From a virus (taxonomy: Duplodnaviria; Caudoviricetes): DNA of 64,000 nucleotides. The DNA lies in the IMG/VR virus record IMGVR_UViG_3300005937_000006, positions 8,967 through 72,966 of that record. One strand, 5' to 3'. Below are positions 26,033 through 34,899 of this stretch, piece by piece (position 1 is the first letter of the stretch; each line of letters begins with the position of its first letter). A model generated the notes under the pieces. The model ran no database searches, was not told the DNA's origin, and saw only the letters and a program-made list of their open reading frames with translations. The position numbers were made by a program, and so were the translations under genes.

Positions 26033-26467
26033 CTAAGACGACGGCTTCCTCAGGGCGAGCAAGGCGCCGATCAGCGGCACGATCTCGCAGCCGTCCTGGT
26101 GCACAATTTGCTGAGCGAAGTCACCGAATGCGCCGCAACTCGTACAGGTGAGGACTGCCTCGCCGGTTCTTTCCTTCGTCACGCGATAGAGAAATGCGTC
26201 GTGGTCAATGAGTGATTGCGCAGCCACAATTACCCGCTCATATTCAGGCGAGGGGTTCGCCAAAACGTCCGGGGTCACAACCTCGCAGCATGCAAGGCAG
26301 AAAATCAGCGTCTTCTCCGGCAGCTTATCCACACCGTAGTATTCGGGTGGCCCGTCTGGCATGGGCCTACCATCGCTGCGCATACCGATGAGGATGCGCC
26401 CGATGATGGTCTGCACAAGGATCAGGTCTTCGCCTTCTTCGCAGAAAGGACAGATCACGAGCGCCAT
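26033..26467 (-). CDS. Hypothetical Cys-rich (Zn-binding) protein
   Basis: CPFC, CLAC and CTSC...H..GC motifs in a 144-aa ORF. Confidence 0.6.
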   Translation of the reverse strand: MALVICPFCEEGEDLILVQTIIGRILIGMRSDGRPMPDGPPEYYGVDKLPEKTLIFCLACCEVVTPDVLANPSPEYERVIVAAQSLIDHDAFLYRVTKERTGEAVLTCTSCGAFGDFAQQIVHQDGCEIVPLIGALLALRKPSS

Positions 26468-26476
26468 GATCGCTCC

Positions 26477-26722
26477 TTAGAACGGGGCTTCTGCCGCAAT
26501 CGCTTCGAGCGTTAGTTGCCACTCGCCTTCAGTGCATGGCTTTCGCCGCATCAACACGGCGAACTTCCATTTCGGTTCGTCGCACTTGATGGACGACTTG
26601 ACGACCTCGAAGCCGACAACCTCTGTCTGCTTTACAATGCCCCAGACTTCCGCGACGGTATCGACCATCTGCTCAGGATCGAACGGATCGCTTTCGATGG
26701 TGACCGACTCGTGGATCTTCAT
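26477..26722 (-). CDS. Hypothetical protein
   Basis: 81-aa ORF coupled to its neighbours. Confidence 0.6.
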   Translation of the reverse strand: MKIHESVTIESDPFDPEQMVDTVAEVWGIVKQTEVVGFEVVKSSIKCDEPKWKFAVLMRRKPCTEGEWQLTLEAIAAEAPF

Positions 26723-27054
26723 ACCTCAAGCGCCTCATCGAGTCCCTTGATAGCATCTCGCATGCGGGCCTGAGATGCAGGATCGTTCGGGTCAAAGTCC
26801 CAGAGGATGATGTCGGCAGCACGTGCGAGCCTAGATGGCACAGTCTCTCCTGGCAGCGCGCAGATGATCAGCGGCTTGTCTAGCAGCAGGATCGCGCCTA
26901 GCTCAATGGCCTGCTTCGGGCTCGGGGTAGAGCCTGCGCTATGGGCATCAATGAGCGTCACCGCGATGCGCGATGCGTCGATCTTAGGCACGCCGTTCTT
27001 CGCGAAGTCCTCGAAGAATCGCTTCGTTGCTTGGTCTATTTTCCGGTCCGTCAC
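26719..27054 (-). CDS. Nucleoside deoxyribosyltransferase/TIR-like fold protein (tentative)
   Basis: GTG 27054 overlaps the upstream stop; IAVTLID...AIELGAILLLDKPLIIC...VP..L pattern resembles the NDT-like ELG.A...KP motif. Confidence 0.45.
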   Translation of the reverse strand: MTDRKIDQATKRFFEDFAKNGVPKIDASRIAVTLIDAHSAGSTPSPKQAIELGAILLLDKPLIICALPGETVPSRLARAADIILWDFDPNDPASQARMRDAIKGLDEALEV

Positions 27055-27314
27055 CGCGTGACCTCCAACCAGATGATCCAGAACAACAGGATCACGTTCA
27101 GCGTTACTTGTACCCACATGACCGCATACAGGGTGTGCACGTGGCCGATGCACCAGCGCAGATGCGACTCTGCGTCAGCTTGAGCCCGCTCGTGCGCAGC
27201 CCAGGCTGTCATGGTGCTAGAGCTTAGCTCCTGGTGCAGGATGGTCAGGTTTTCGACCTTCTGGACGAGGGTTCGAGGATCTCTGACAAAGCCGTTCGGC
27301 TTGTCCTCACTCAT
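27051..27314 (-). CDS. Small protein with C-terminal transmembrane segment
   Basis: 87 aa ending VTLNVILLFWIIWLEV. Confidence 0.6.
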   Translation of the reverse strand: MSEDKPNGFVRDPRTLVQKVENLTILHQELSSSTMTAWAAHERAQADAESHLRWCIGHVHTLYAVMWVQVTLNVILLFWIIWLEVTR

Positions 27315-27336
27315 CTATGACGCCTTTCGGAGACGC

Positions 27337-27374
27337 AAAAGCCCCCTCGTGCGTGGCGAAACACGAGGGGGCTT
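27337..27374 (-). terminator. Rho-independent terminator
   Basis: Stem (AA)GCCCCCTCGTG / CACGAGGGGGC(TT) with a 10-nt loop, followed by TTTT on the - strand just after the 27410 stop. Confidence 0.75.
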
Positions 27375-27409
27375 CAAAGCGCACACCGGGGGTACGTGTG
27401 CGTCGGGAC

Positions 27410-27730
27410 TTAGGCGTCTACGGCTTCCTGGGTCTTGCCGTTCCTACGCCGCGAGGGCGGCTTGGGCTGATCGGTCAGCCAGACCAGGATGTCGCCGTTC
27501 CGGTTGTTGCCGTACAGGACGTTGATCCCCATCTCCTTTGCGGCATCGTTGATCCGGAACTTGATGGCACGCTGCGACTCGTCTCCGGGGGTAATGACGA
27601 GCACCTGCCCGTTCTTCAGACTCCCCAGTGCCTCACGGTAGGGAGCACGATTGAGGTATCCCTGAGGCGGCGTAGCAAGCTCCGCATTACGAGTTGCCTC
27701 GTCCATCTCGACAGTAGAAAACTGAACCAC
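27410..27730 (-). CDS. Small putative DNA-binding protein
   Basis: GTG 27730 after RBS GGGGAGAG; YREALGSLKNGQVL...DES.RAIKFRINDAAKEMGI...ILVW, with a basic tail. The longer 27931 start in the track overlaps the ParB gene and a promoter. Confidence 0.65.
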   Translation of the reverse strand: MVQFSTVEMDEATRNAELATPPQGYLNRAPYREALGSLKNGQVLVITPGDESQRAIKFRINDAAKEMGINVLYGNNRNGDILVWLTDQPKPPSRRRNGKTQEAVDA

Positions 27731-27757
27731 GATGCTCTCCCCTGTAGTGGTACGTCT

Positions 27758-27786
27758 AATGTACCATGAACTACGACAAATGTCAA
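27758..27786 (-). promoter_or_regulatory. Sigma70-type promoter
   Basis: TTGACA (27786-27781), 17 bp ending TGG, TACATT (27763-27758); the -35 overlaps the ParB stop codon. Confidence 0.7.
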
Positions 27787-28625
27787 CGGAGATCGAAGAT
27801 CCTCTGCAAAACAGCTCGCACGTCGTCATACCGTCGAGCATCGCAGAGCACAATACCCAGGCGCGCGAGCCCTGCGCTCCCGTGGAGATCGTCAATGCCG
27901 AGTGACGCGGCAAGCGACTCCAATGTCTCACCCCCCTTCGCGGGCGCGTCTACGGGGTCGTCATCCAGGAAGTCGGACGGCAGCGACTCTACAGATGTGG
28001 AAATTTGCACATGCCGGCGGTCGTTGACATCCTTTACCGTGAGCTTGCCCGTGTCTTCAAGCTGAAGGGCCAGCCCATACTGATCGGCTTGCGAGAGCTT
28101 CCGCGCTTGCTCAGCAGCAGCGACCGAGATCGTGCCCTCGTCCAGTGCTGCACGCAATGCGGGGTGGAGATCGCGTAGGCGAAGCCGTGCGCGAATTGTC
28201 CCGAGGCCCAGGCCCGTTGCCTGGGAGATCTGCTTGTCGGAGTACCCCAGATCCATGAGGTGCTCGATGTGCTTCAGGTCGGCGGCGGGGTTTTCCTTGC
28301 GCAGGGCATGATCGCTCAGGGCTGCGCTCGCAATAGACTCCCCTGATTCGATGATCGCAGGGATGTGCTTGAAGCCACATGTGATGGCCGCGAGCAGGCG
28401 CCGCCGCCCGGCCACAAGCTGATAGACGCCGCCATCGGCGTACATGATCGTGATCGGCGTGCGCACGCCGCGCGCGCGAATGTTCTCCACAAGCTCACGC
28501 GACGGCTCCGGCCCGATCTCGTCGTAGAGGATATCCCCGATCTCGACCTCTTCGAGGCGAGACTCCAATGGGCCGGCGGGCAAGAGATCGTCTAGCTCGA
28601 TGACTTCAAAGGTCGGCTGCTCCAT
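27783..28625 (-). CDS. ParB/Spo0J-like protein (ParB N-domain + HTH)
   Basis: LVENIRARGVRTPI...YQLVAGRRRLLA...IPAII, then L...E.PAA...GYSDKQISQATGLGLGTIRARLRL. Confidence 0.85.
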   Translation of the reverse strand: MEQPTFEVIELDDLLPAGPLESRLEEVEIGDILYDEIGPEPSRELVENIRARGVRTPITIMYADGGVYQLVAGRRRLLAAITCGFKHIPAIIESGESIASAALSDHALRKENPAADLKHIEHLMDLGYSDKQISQATGLGLGTIRARLRLRDLHPALRAALDEGTISVAAAEQARKLSQADQYGLALQLEDTGKLTVKDVNDRRHVQISTSVESLPSDFLDDDPVDAPAKGGETLESLAASLGIDDLHGSAGLARLGIVLCDARRYDDVRAVLQRIFDLR

Positions 28626-29151
28626 CTGATACTCCTATGGGGTTCTCGGCAATGACGATGGCTTTCGCCTTATCGAAGTCGAACATGTTGAGCGACATTT
28701 CCAGGAAGAGACGCAGGACCGTATCGGCAAGACTATCAAGCTCCTCTCTGTGGCTTTGCGTCACACGCTTCGACAGGACGTGCTCCAAGTCGTCGTTGTA
28801 GAAAAGCACGCGCAGTTGATCGCGCGATGTCAGGTCTTTGAGGTCGGCTAACTGCTGCGGGTCTGCCGGGTTGAAGAACGTCTCCATGACGATCGAGGTC
28901 TGCTCTTCGATATCCTCAAAGGGCATCCGCACTTTCATGTAGACGACGAGGACGAGACGTGCGAGCGGACCATACTCCGTCTTGTGCACCTGATACACAA
29001 CGTAGATCGGCAGACGCCCGCGACAATCCTCAATGTCCGCACTCGGCATCTTGACAATCAACACCGCTCCATCGGTGGTGTCTTGTGCCAGCATGGCGTA
29101 GGTCTGATCGCGCAGATAGGACGCCAACGGTGGCGGAAGCTTCACCGGCAT
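28606..29151 (-). CDS. Hypothetical protein
   Basis: ATG 29151 (MPVKLPPP) after GGGGG RBS. Confidence 0.65.
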   Translation of the reverse strand: MPVKLPPPLASYLRDQTYAMLAQDTTDGAVLIVKMPSADIEDCRGRLPIYVVYQVHKTEYGPLARLVLVVYMKVRMPFEDIEEQTSIVMETFFNPADPQQLADLKDLTSRDQLRVLFYNDDLEHVLSKRVTQSHREELDSLADTVLRLFLEMSLNMFDFDKAKAIVIAENPIGVSDGAADL

Positions 29152-29152
29152 A

Positions 29153-29683
29153 TTACCCCCAGCGTGAACGTGTCTGTTCGATCTGAACAACCTCGACGTA
29201 CTCCCCAGCGACGATGATCAAACCGATGCCCTTCTGGGCCGTCGCTTGATAGCTCTCGGTGATTACCATATACATCTCGGGGTTCTCCCGAGCATCGTCC
29301 TGATTGACTGTCAGCACGTCGTACTTCGCGGCATCCTTCTCGGTGAAGTCGCGAAACTGCGCGTTCTCTCGCGAGATAAATGGGCAGACCTTTGCGGCGT
29401 ACTCTGCGCACTCACGATGCATGCCAGGATCGAAGAACGAGTGCCCATCCCGCGAACGCGGCCCGCCGATGAACGCGATGTACTTTCCCAGCGACTCTCC
29501 ACACATGGCGCAGAGCTTCTGGTTCACGCACTGCATCTGCCGACGCACGTCCAGCACTCGGAAGTCGGGCTCGTTTGTGAAGGGGTCCAGCATCGTGACG
29601 AACGGCACCGGGTAGCCGCGCCGTTCCTTAGGAAGCTTCCTCATCCGCTTTGGGATCGGGAAGTCGCGCTGTGCGGGAGTCAT
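29153..29683 (-). CDS. Conserved phage hypothetical, Zn-binding (CAMCG...H.ECA.YA..VCP)
   Basis: ATG 29683 after GAGGAG; RGYPVPFV...PDF..LD..R...C...LC.MCG...FIGG...DPGMHREC. Confidence 0.7.
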   Translation of the reverse strand: MTPAQRDFPIPKRMRKLPKERRGYPVPFVTMLDPFTNEPDFRVLDVRRQMQCVNQKLCAMCGESLGKYIAFIGGPRSRDGHSFFDPGMHRECAEYAAKVCPFISRENAQFRDFTEKDAAKYDVLTVNQDDARENPEMYMVITESYQATAQKGIGLIIVAGEYVEVVQIEQTRSRWG

Positions 29684-29862
29684 CTCTCCTCCTCTCGCAG
29701 AGCATCGCATAAAGACAGCGCCTCGCGCACATGAGGCGCGAGACGCTGTGCAATACCACTGCGAGGATATCGTGCGATAAGATCGGCAATAATCTCGATG
29801 TGCATCGTTAGATGCTCAAGGGCCTCCTCGCGATCATGTGGACAGAGCGGTGGCCGCTCCAT
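29680..29862 (-). CDS. Hypothetical protein
   Basis: 60-aa ORF in a coupled chain. Confidence 0.55.
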   Translation of the reverse strand: MERPPLCPHDREEALEHLTMHIEIIADLIARYPRSGIAQRLAPHVREALSLCDALREEER

Positions 29863-29864
29863 GA

Positions 29865-30566
29865 CTACTCATCGACAACATCAATCTTGATGTCCAATGA
29901 CAGTTGAGCGCCGACCTTGCACGCCGTCTCTACGTGCGAGTTGGTTGACGGGTCTTTGACCACCGCGATCCGGCTGATCGGCAGCACCATGAAGATCGCC
30001 GGCTTGGTTTCGGTGTACGACCCTGGCTGCTGGCGTGCCTCGTAGGTGAACGAAGGCATCTCGCGGGTATAGATCTCGCCCGGCAGCAGCCGCTGCTTCG
30101 CGTCGTGATCGGCCCACCACTGGTTCGCGCAGACGTGGGCCAGTGGCTCGATCTGCAACCGATCGTGCAGCGCGCGCACCAGCCGTGGGCACTGCTGTGG
30201 GCTCTCATACGGGTTCTCGAACTCGGGTACCCCAGCCCGACTGTGAATCAGGATCAGCCGACTCCTGGCCGAGAGCTTCGAGAAGTCCAGGTTCTGCGAC
30301 AGGCGACGGCTAGCACCGAAGCGCCGCACCTCTTCAATGAAGTCGGAGACGTTCGGGTAGTACCCCTCCCCGACCCAGTCAAAGATGTGGACGACACCTT
30401 GATGCTCAATCAATTTGATGCCCACGGGGGTAAGCCCCATTGACTGCACGTCAATACCCAGCGGCGGGGCTTTGATCATGCACTCGATAGGGTGCCCGTC
30501 CGGGCCAAGCAACGTCTCGACGTAGACACCCCCGAGCACACGGGTGCCGCATCCTCTAACAACCAT
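29865..30566 (-). CDS. Conserved phage hypothetical protein
   Basis: 233 aa; DWVGEGYYP..SDFIEEVRRFGASRRL motif. Confidence 0.65.
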   Translation of the reverse strand: MVVRGCGTRVLGGVYVETLLGPDGHPIECMIKAPPLGIDVQSMGLTPVGIKLIEHQGVVHIFDWVGEGYYPNVSDFIEEVRRFGASRRLSQNLDFSKLSARSRLILIHSRAGVPEFENPYESPQQCPRLVRALHDRLQIEPLAHVCANQWWADHDAKQRLLPGEIYTREMPSFTYEARQQPGSYTETKPAIFMVLPISRIAVVKDPSTNSHVETACKVGAQLSLDIKIDVVDE

Positions 30567-30990
30567 CAGGCTCCTCCGTGAGCTTCAGTCCCAGGCGCTG
30601 AAGCAGCAGATCGACGTAACGCTTCGCGCGTTCGATGCGCGCATCCAAGAACTGTTCGTGGTCGAGCGGCGTGCATGTACCAAGGCTCTCGACACGCAGG
30701 ACGATCTCGCCGCTGAAGCCGCAGCTAGCGTGCAACGGGATCGTCCACTGCTCATGCACGCCCACGGCGGATGTCTCGTGGAGCGCGTCGAAGATCGCCA
30801 CAATGGCGGGGTCGATCTCGCTGCGAACGTCGTGCAGCAATTCGTCGTGCGTTGTCTCTGGCGATTCGCCTTCCATCTTCACTCCGATGATACGTGCGAT
30901 AGTTTTGCCGTCCATCACCCAGATCTCACCCTCAGGCACGATCTGGCTGATACGAATCGGGATGCCGTAGATCTCTCCTTCCTCGCTCAT
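30556..30990 (-). CDS. Hypothetical protein
   Basis: 144-aa ORF, ATGA-coupled. Confidence 0.6.
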   Translation of the reverse strand: MSEEGEIYGIPIRISQIVPEGEIWVMDGKTIARIIGVKMEGESPETTHDELLHDVRSEIDPAIVAIFDALHETSAVGVHEQWTIPLHASCGFSGEIVLRVESLGTCTPLDHEQFLDARIERAKRYVDLLLQRLGLKLTEEPDGC

Positions 30991-31319
30991 GCGCGTGGGA
31001 TGTTGCGCTGCGGCATAGTCTGTTGCCGAACGTGCTGCTCGATGTGCATCCTCAAGTCCTGCGACATCTCATGCAGCGACTGCATCACACCCGTAGCTCC
31101 TGCCGTAAACCCGGCGCCGAAGACAGTCAGGAGCGGCTCTTCGTACAGGTCCAGCATGACGGAGATATCTTCAACAAGGGACTGCTCGCCTTCGGTGAGG
31201 TTGTCGCGCTCCAACAGCGTGGCATGGAACGCCTTGAACTCCTCAAATGCCGTCTTGATGATCTCTGCTTCTTCGGACAGCGACTCCTCTTCGTCCTTCT
31301 TCCGCTTTCGCTTCGACAT
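30987..31319 (-). CDS. Hypothetical protein
   Basis: 110-aa ORF, TAATG-coupled. Confidence 0.6.
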   Translation of the reverse strand: MSKRKRKKDEEESLSEEAEIIKTAFEEFKAFHATLLERDNLTEGEQSLVEDISVMLDLYEEPLLTVFGAGFTAGATGVMQSLHEMSQDLRMHIEQHVRQQTMPQRNIPRA

Positions 31320-31630
31320 TAGTCCTCCAGCTTCGGCACGTGAATCTCGGCAGGCGGATCAACGGCGGGCGCCCAGTCATCGCCGTGTGGCTGTATTTGC
31401 AACCAGTCAAGCCACGCAATGAAAAGCGGAATCATCTCCTTCAATGGCATGATGACGACGGGGCGTCCATCTCGAAGATCGTAGCGAACCTCATTGCTGT
31501 GATAGAGTTCGCCCAGCGCGTCCGACATGGCGAGTCCCCGCCCAAGCTGCATCAGCATTCGCTTGCGCGACCGACTATCCGGTACGCAACCTCCTACGTC
31601 ATGGTGATCACATGACATCATCACGGTCAT
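31319..31630 (-). CDS. Hypothetical protein
   Basis: Best start ATG 31630 after AGGAGG (an alternative is 31528). Confidence 0.5.
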   Translation of the reverse strand: MTVMMSCDHHDVGGCVPDSRSRKRMLMQLGRGLAMSDALGELYHSNEVRYDLRDGRPVVIMPLKEMIPLFIAWLDWLQIQPHGDDWAPAVDPPAEIHVPKLED

Positions 31631-31886
31631 ACGCAACCTCCTCGACGGTGACACGATACCGCTTCTTCGGATCACGTCTATCGTTGATCCAGAAGCGGTT
31701 GTTGATGGAAATGTCCGGCTGCATAGGAACGCCCCATGCTCGCATCGCATCCCTGAAGTACGCACTGAGCGCAACCGTGATGTCATCCTGATTACGCAGG
31801 AGCGATGGCTGCGCATGACATGCACATCGGCAGCCCTCACCTACACAGTGGTCGCGCTCGTAGTTGAAGCAGCACTCCTCAATCAT
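31608..31886 (-). CDS. Hypothetical Cys-rich protein
   Basis: ATG 31886 overlaps the upstream stop; MIEECCFNY...HC...C.CACH. Confidence 0.55.
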   Translation of the reverse strand: MIEECCFNYERDHCVGEGCRCACHAQPSLLRNQDDITVALSAYFRDAMRAWGVPMQPDISINNRFWINDRRDPKKRYRVTVEEVAYDRDDVM

Positions 31887-32059
31887 TTCCCCAGAATCTC
31901 CGAGATGTTCACGCAGAGCCAGAACGTCCAGAAGGTCATCATCCCCCAGTGAAACACTCGCATACACCCCCGTTTATAGACACACACACCAAAGGCGGCT
32001 GCGGCAATACCGAAGCAGTCAAGGGCGATCCACACGGTGGGGTTGTAGTCAAAGGGCAT
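31883..32059 (-). CDS. Small two-TM membrane protein (58 aa)
   Basis: Read manually: MPFDYNPTVWIALDCFGIAAAAFGVCVY...MMTFWTFWLCVNISEILGK; fills the gap exactly. Confidence 0.55.
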   Translation of the reverse strand: MPFDYNPTVWIALDCFGIAAAAFGVCVYKRGCMRVFHWGMMTFWTFWLCVNISEILGK

Positions 32060-32269
32060 CTAGTTCCTCAGGGTGTGTAACTCGCGCTTTATGAAGCGCG
32101 GGATTCGCTCCCCGGGATCAGGCGGAAGCCACCAGGGGATAGGGCGGCGAGTCCAGCCGTACTGTCGCGCGAGTACCCGCCCGCAGAACCAGCACCAGGA
32201 AACATAGCGCTCCTGGTGCAGTGGGCAGAGCACGCAGAAATGATCGCGAAGCACAAACCATCGCACCAT
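32060..32269 (-). CDS. Small Zn-finger-like protein
   Basis: CVLC...CWFCG in 69 aa. Confidence 0.55.
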   Translation of the reverse strand: MVRWFVLRDHFCVLCPLHQERYVSWCWFCGRVLARQYGWTRRPIPWWLPPDPGERIPRFIKRELHTLRN

Positions 32270-32270
32270 G

Positions 32271-32462
32271 TCAGCCGGTCACTTGCAGCGTGCGACAGTC
32301 CTTGGTGTCGGTGTGGTAGAAGTGCAGGCTGAAGGCGGGCCGCTCCTGTACGCGCTGCCCGACGACGAATACCTCGCCGCACGCAGCACAGGCACGCTGC
32401 TCCTCATCGAACTGCTCGTCGTCGTTGTAGTTCCAGCGGGCGATCTTGCCGGGTTGCTCCAT
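32271..32462 (-). CDS. Small hypothetical protein (CAAC...H...C)
   Basis: ATG 32462 after GGGAG. Confidence 0.55.
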   Translation of the reverse strand: MEQPGKIARWNYNDDEQFDEEQRACAACGEVFVVGQRVQERPAFSLHFYHTDTKDCRTLQVTG

Positions 32463-32463
32463 A

Positions 32464-32790
32464 TCAATCTCCCAGGTCAGCTTCTTCCTGGTGGAAGGCG
32501 AGTGCTTCGCGCATCTCCTGGCGCGCACGCCGCTGAATTTCGTGTCGCTCCTGGCGCATCGCGAGAAGTACCTGCGAAGCACGCTGACGGCTCATCCCAA
32601 CGCGATCGAGCACACGCATCAGGACTTCGTCTCCTTCCGCAGCGGTGGCCGCTTCCAGCAGGAAGGCTGCAACCTCGCGTGCCTTCGCAGGAGTTACCTG
32701 GAGATGGCTACGCCCAAGCGTGATCTCGACGTACCCGCGTTTGTTCTGGGCACCGTAGATCGATGTGACTCCGAAGCTCTCATCTTCCAT
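32464..32790 (-). CDS. Hypothetical protein
   Basis: ATG 32790, MEDESFGVTSIYG... Confidence 0.6.
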   Translation of the reverse strand: MEDESFGVTSIYGAQNKRGYVEITLGRSHLQVTPAKAREVAAFLLEAATAAEGDEVLMRVLDRVGMSRQRASQVLLAMRQERHEIQRRARQEMREALAFHQEEADLGD

Positions 32791-33091
32791 CAGGAGGCAA
32801 CCCCTTTCGCAGATTCTCACACACCGTCTCGTGTACGATCTCTGCGTCGTCGAACGTGCAGGAGCGGCAATCCCACTTGTCGTATGGACCGCCGAAGATC
32901 ATCGTCTCAAAGGCGAGTGGTACCCCCATGATCTCGTCCACGGGGAGAGGGATGAAGACTGTGGAGATGTGCATCTCATCTCCTAGCACCGTGTAGGCAA
33001 CGCGCCGCTCGTCGCTGGATTGGAAGTACCACTCACTCTCATCAACAGGGACGACTTCGCGATCCTTGAGCAGGTAGTACAGGTGGCGCAT
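32780..33091 (-). CDS. Conserved phage hypothetical protein
   Basis: ISTVF.......P..FETMIFGG.....R.....A...H motif. Confidence 0.65.
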   Translation of the reverse strand: MRHLYYLLKDREVVPVDESEWYFQSSDERRVAYTVLGDEMHISTVFIPLPVDEIMGVPLAFETMIFGGPYDKWDCRSCTFDDAEIVHETVCENLRKGLPPDGR

Positions 33092-33327
33092 CAGTTCACC
33101 GGCCAGAGTACCAGTACGGGCTTCCAGTCGGGCGGTACGTTTTCGCCATCTTCGAGATCCTCAGGTGTGTACACCTCCCCGCTATAGGTGCTGTCAGCAA
33201 CGTAGTAGCCGCGCTCGCCACCAACGAGCGGACTGTAGCCGTTCCCTTCGGCATCCTTCTGAAGAATGATCTCAGCGTCGAGATCCGGCTGAGCAACCAG
33301 GAGCTTGAGCAGTTCACGAATCGTCAT
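33091..33327 (-). CDS. Conserved phage hypothetical protein
   Basis: IILQKDAEGNGYSPL...LVLWPVN motif. Confidence 0.7.
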   Translation of the reverse strand: MTIRELLKLLVAQPDLDAEIILQKDAEGNGYSPLVGGERGYYVADSTYSGEVYTPEDLEDGENVPPDWKPVLVLWPVN

Positions 33328-33330
33328 GGC

Positions 33331-33846
33331 TCACTCCTCGAAGGCAGTCTGCGCAACGGGGCTTCCCTTTCCTGGTCCCGCGCGGAACCCCGCGCGGAAC
33401 CCGAAGGGGAACTCCAACTCGGGATCGGCTAGCACATAGATGTGGTACTGGTCCGCGCAATCGGCCACGCGATCTTCGGACGGATACAGTTCCACACCTT
33501 CGTGGTTTGGCCCAACGAGTTCAGTCTTGATGCGCTGGAAGTCGCGGTAGCGCTCAGGGCCTGGGCGCTTACGGTCGTTCCGGCGGATGCTCAGATGGAT
33601 GACCTTGGGCGCGGTGTCGTACCAGGGCTCTTCCGTCCTGATGACGATCACCGTGTACCGACTGTTCCGGTACATCTCCTGGTTCTCGCGCTCCTCGATC
33701 AGCGTCTGCTCGATGTCCGCGCGCGAGAGTTCAACCCCCTGAGCGCGCGCTTCCTGTTGGATGTGCGCGATGATCGCCTTGCGCTTCTCGACGCTCAGGT
33801 ACGGGTTGACGCGCACAAAGGGCGTCCAGGCTGGCAATGGGTTCAT
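33331..33846 (-). CDS. Conserved phage protein (DUF7694-like from memory)
   Basis: ATG 33846; HLSIRR.D......RDFQRIKTELVG...EGVELYP.....D.ADQYHIYV. Confidence 0.7.
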   Translation of the reverse strand: MNPLPAWTPFVRVNPYLSVEKRKAIIAHIQQEARAQGVELSRADIEQTLIEERENQEMYRNSRYTVIVIRTEEPWYDTAPKVIHLSIRRNDRKRPGPERYRDFQRIKTELVGPNHEGVELYPSEDRVADCADQYHIYVLADPELEFPFGFRAGFRAGPGKGSPVAQTAFEE

Positions 33847-34058
33847 TGACCCTCCAGTTCGGGATACAGTCCCGTGAGTGCTTTCGCTGCTTCGGGCAGC
33901 ATCAAGCAGTAGCGCACGTAGCCGTCTTGAAACGGAAGTCCCACAACAGCGGGATGTCGCCCGTTCTCCAGGACAATTTGGGTTGCCTCGCGCTCGGCAA
34001 CCCAATGGTCAAGCGTGGCGAAGTCGTGGTATCTCCGCTGGAATTCATCGTCGGTCAT
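33843..34058 (-). CDS. Hypothetical protein
   Basis: 71-aa ORF. Confidence 0.55.
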   Translation of the reverse strand: MTDDEFQRRYHDFATLDHWVAEREATQIVLENGRHPAVVGLPFQDGYVRYCLMLPEAAKALTGLYPELEGQ

Positions 34059-34067
34059 GGTGCGTCC

Positions 34068-34622
34068 TTAGATGACGAGCGACATGGGATGACAGCCGTC
34101 GTTTGCCATCTTCTCTGCGCGCAGCGCATGCACGTAGGGGTGCCATTCCATGCAGTGATATGGCGGGATCGTCGCCGTGGCATAGACTAGCCCACGTCTG
34201 CGCGCGATCATGCCTGACACCGGCGAGGGCGTCAGCAGGAACGATGTGGAGCCCTTACCCCAGAGCGGGGCATTGAGCGGAGGATTCCAGATCTTGATGA
34301 TCTGCCGCTCAGACTCGCGCAAGCTATCGGGGCCTATATCCGATGTGTCGTAGTACACCAGGACATAACTGCGCGACCCGCCGAATTTCACTCGCCGAGC
34401 AAGTTTGTCGGCAAGCTCGACCTTACCGCCCGGCTGACGGTGCGAGCCCCAGCGGCGATAGAGCGATGTCGTTGCGATCCCGACATAGGCCACGAAGCAC
34501 ATACCGACATCGTTCATGACGACGATGGCGTACAGGCCGGGCCTATCGGGCAGGAGATGGCTCAGCCCTAATGGCACGTTGGGCAGCGTGAGGATGTTCG
34601 CTGCATCTCTCCACTCGGTCAT
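34068..34622 (-). CDS. GIY-YIG nuclease-like protein
   Basis: PDRPGLYAI...VAYVGIA.TSLYRRW..H...ESERQII..WNPPLN. Confidence 0.75.
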   Translation of the reverse strand: MTEWRDAANILTLPNVPLGLSHLLPDRPGLYAIVVMNDVGMCFVAYVGIATTSLYRRWGSHRQPGGKVELADKLARRVKFGGSRSYVLVYYDTSDIGPDSLRESERQIIKIWNPPLNAPLWGKGSTSFLLTPSPVSGMIARRRGLVYATATIPPYHCMEWHPYVHALRAEKMANDGCHPMSLVI

Positions 34623-34623
34623 G

Positions 34624-34899
34624 CTACTCTTTCTTAGGCGTCATATCGCGCCCTTCAAGAATCAGACGGTCGTTCTCGTAGCGTACGTTGACGCCCGTCT
34701 TACCTTCACGAATCGCTTGCTCTTGTTCGAGTTGCACCTCCCGCGAGCGATCTGAGTGTCCTCGGATGTATCCCCGCCGATATGCCATGAACAGCAACTC
34801 GTCAAGTCGCATCGCGATAAGCTTGTCGAAGCCTTCATGCTTGATGCGCGAATACTCGTCCGTGAACGCAGACTCAATCCGCTCGTTCATCACGCTCAC
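34624..34899 (-). CDS. Hypothetical protein
   Basis: 91-aa ORF. Confidence 0.55.
   Translation of the reverse strand: MSVMNERIESAFTDEYSRIKHEGFDKLIAMRLDELLFMAYRRGYIRGHSDRSREVQLEQEQAIREGKTGVNVRYENDRLILEGRDMTPKKE

Noticed and set aside
25948-26151. + strand 67-aa ORF and similar + strand ORFs across 25-46 kb and 47-55 kb
   Set aside because: They lie antisense to a tightly coupled chain of - strand genes and have no start signals.
27731-27931. Long N-terminal extension of the 27410 ORF
   Set aside because: It overlaps the ParB gene and a near-consensus promoter; GTG 27730 has a strong RBS.
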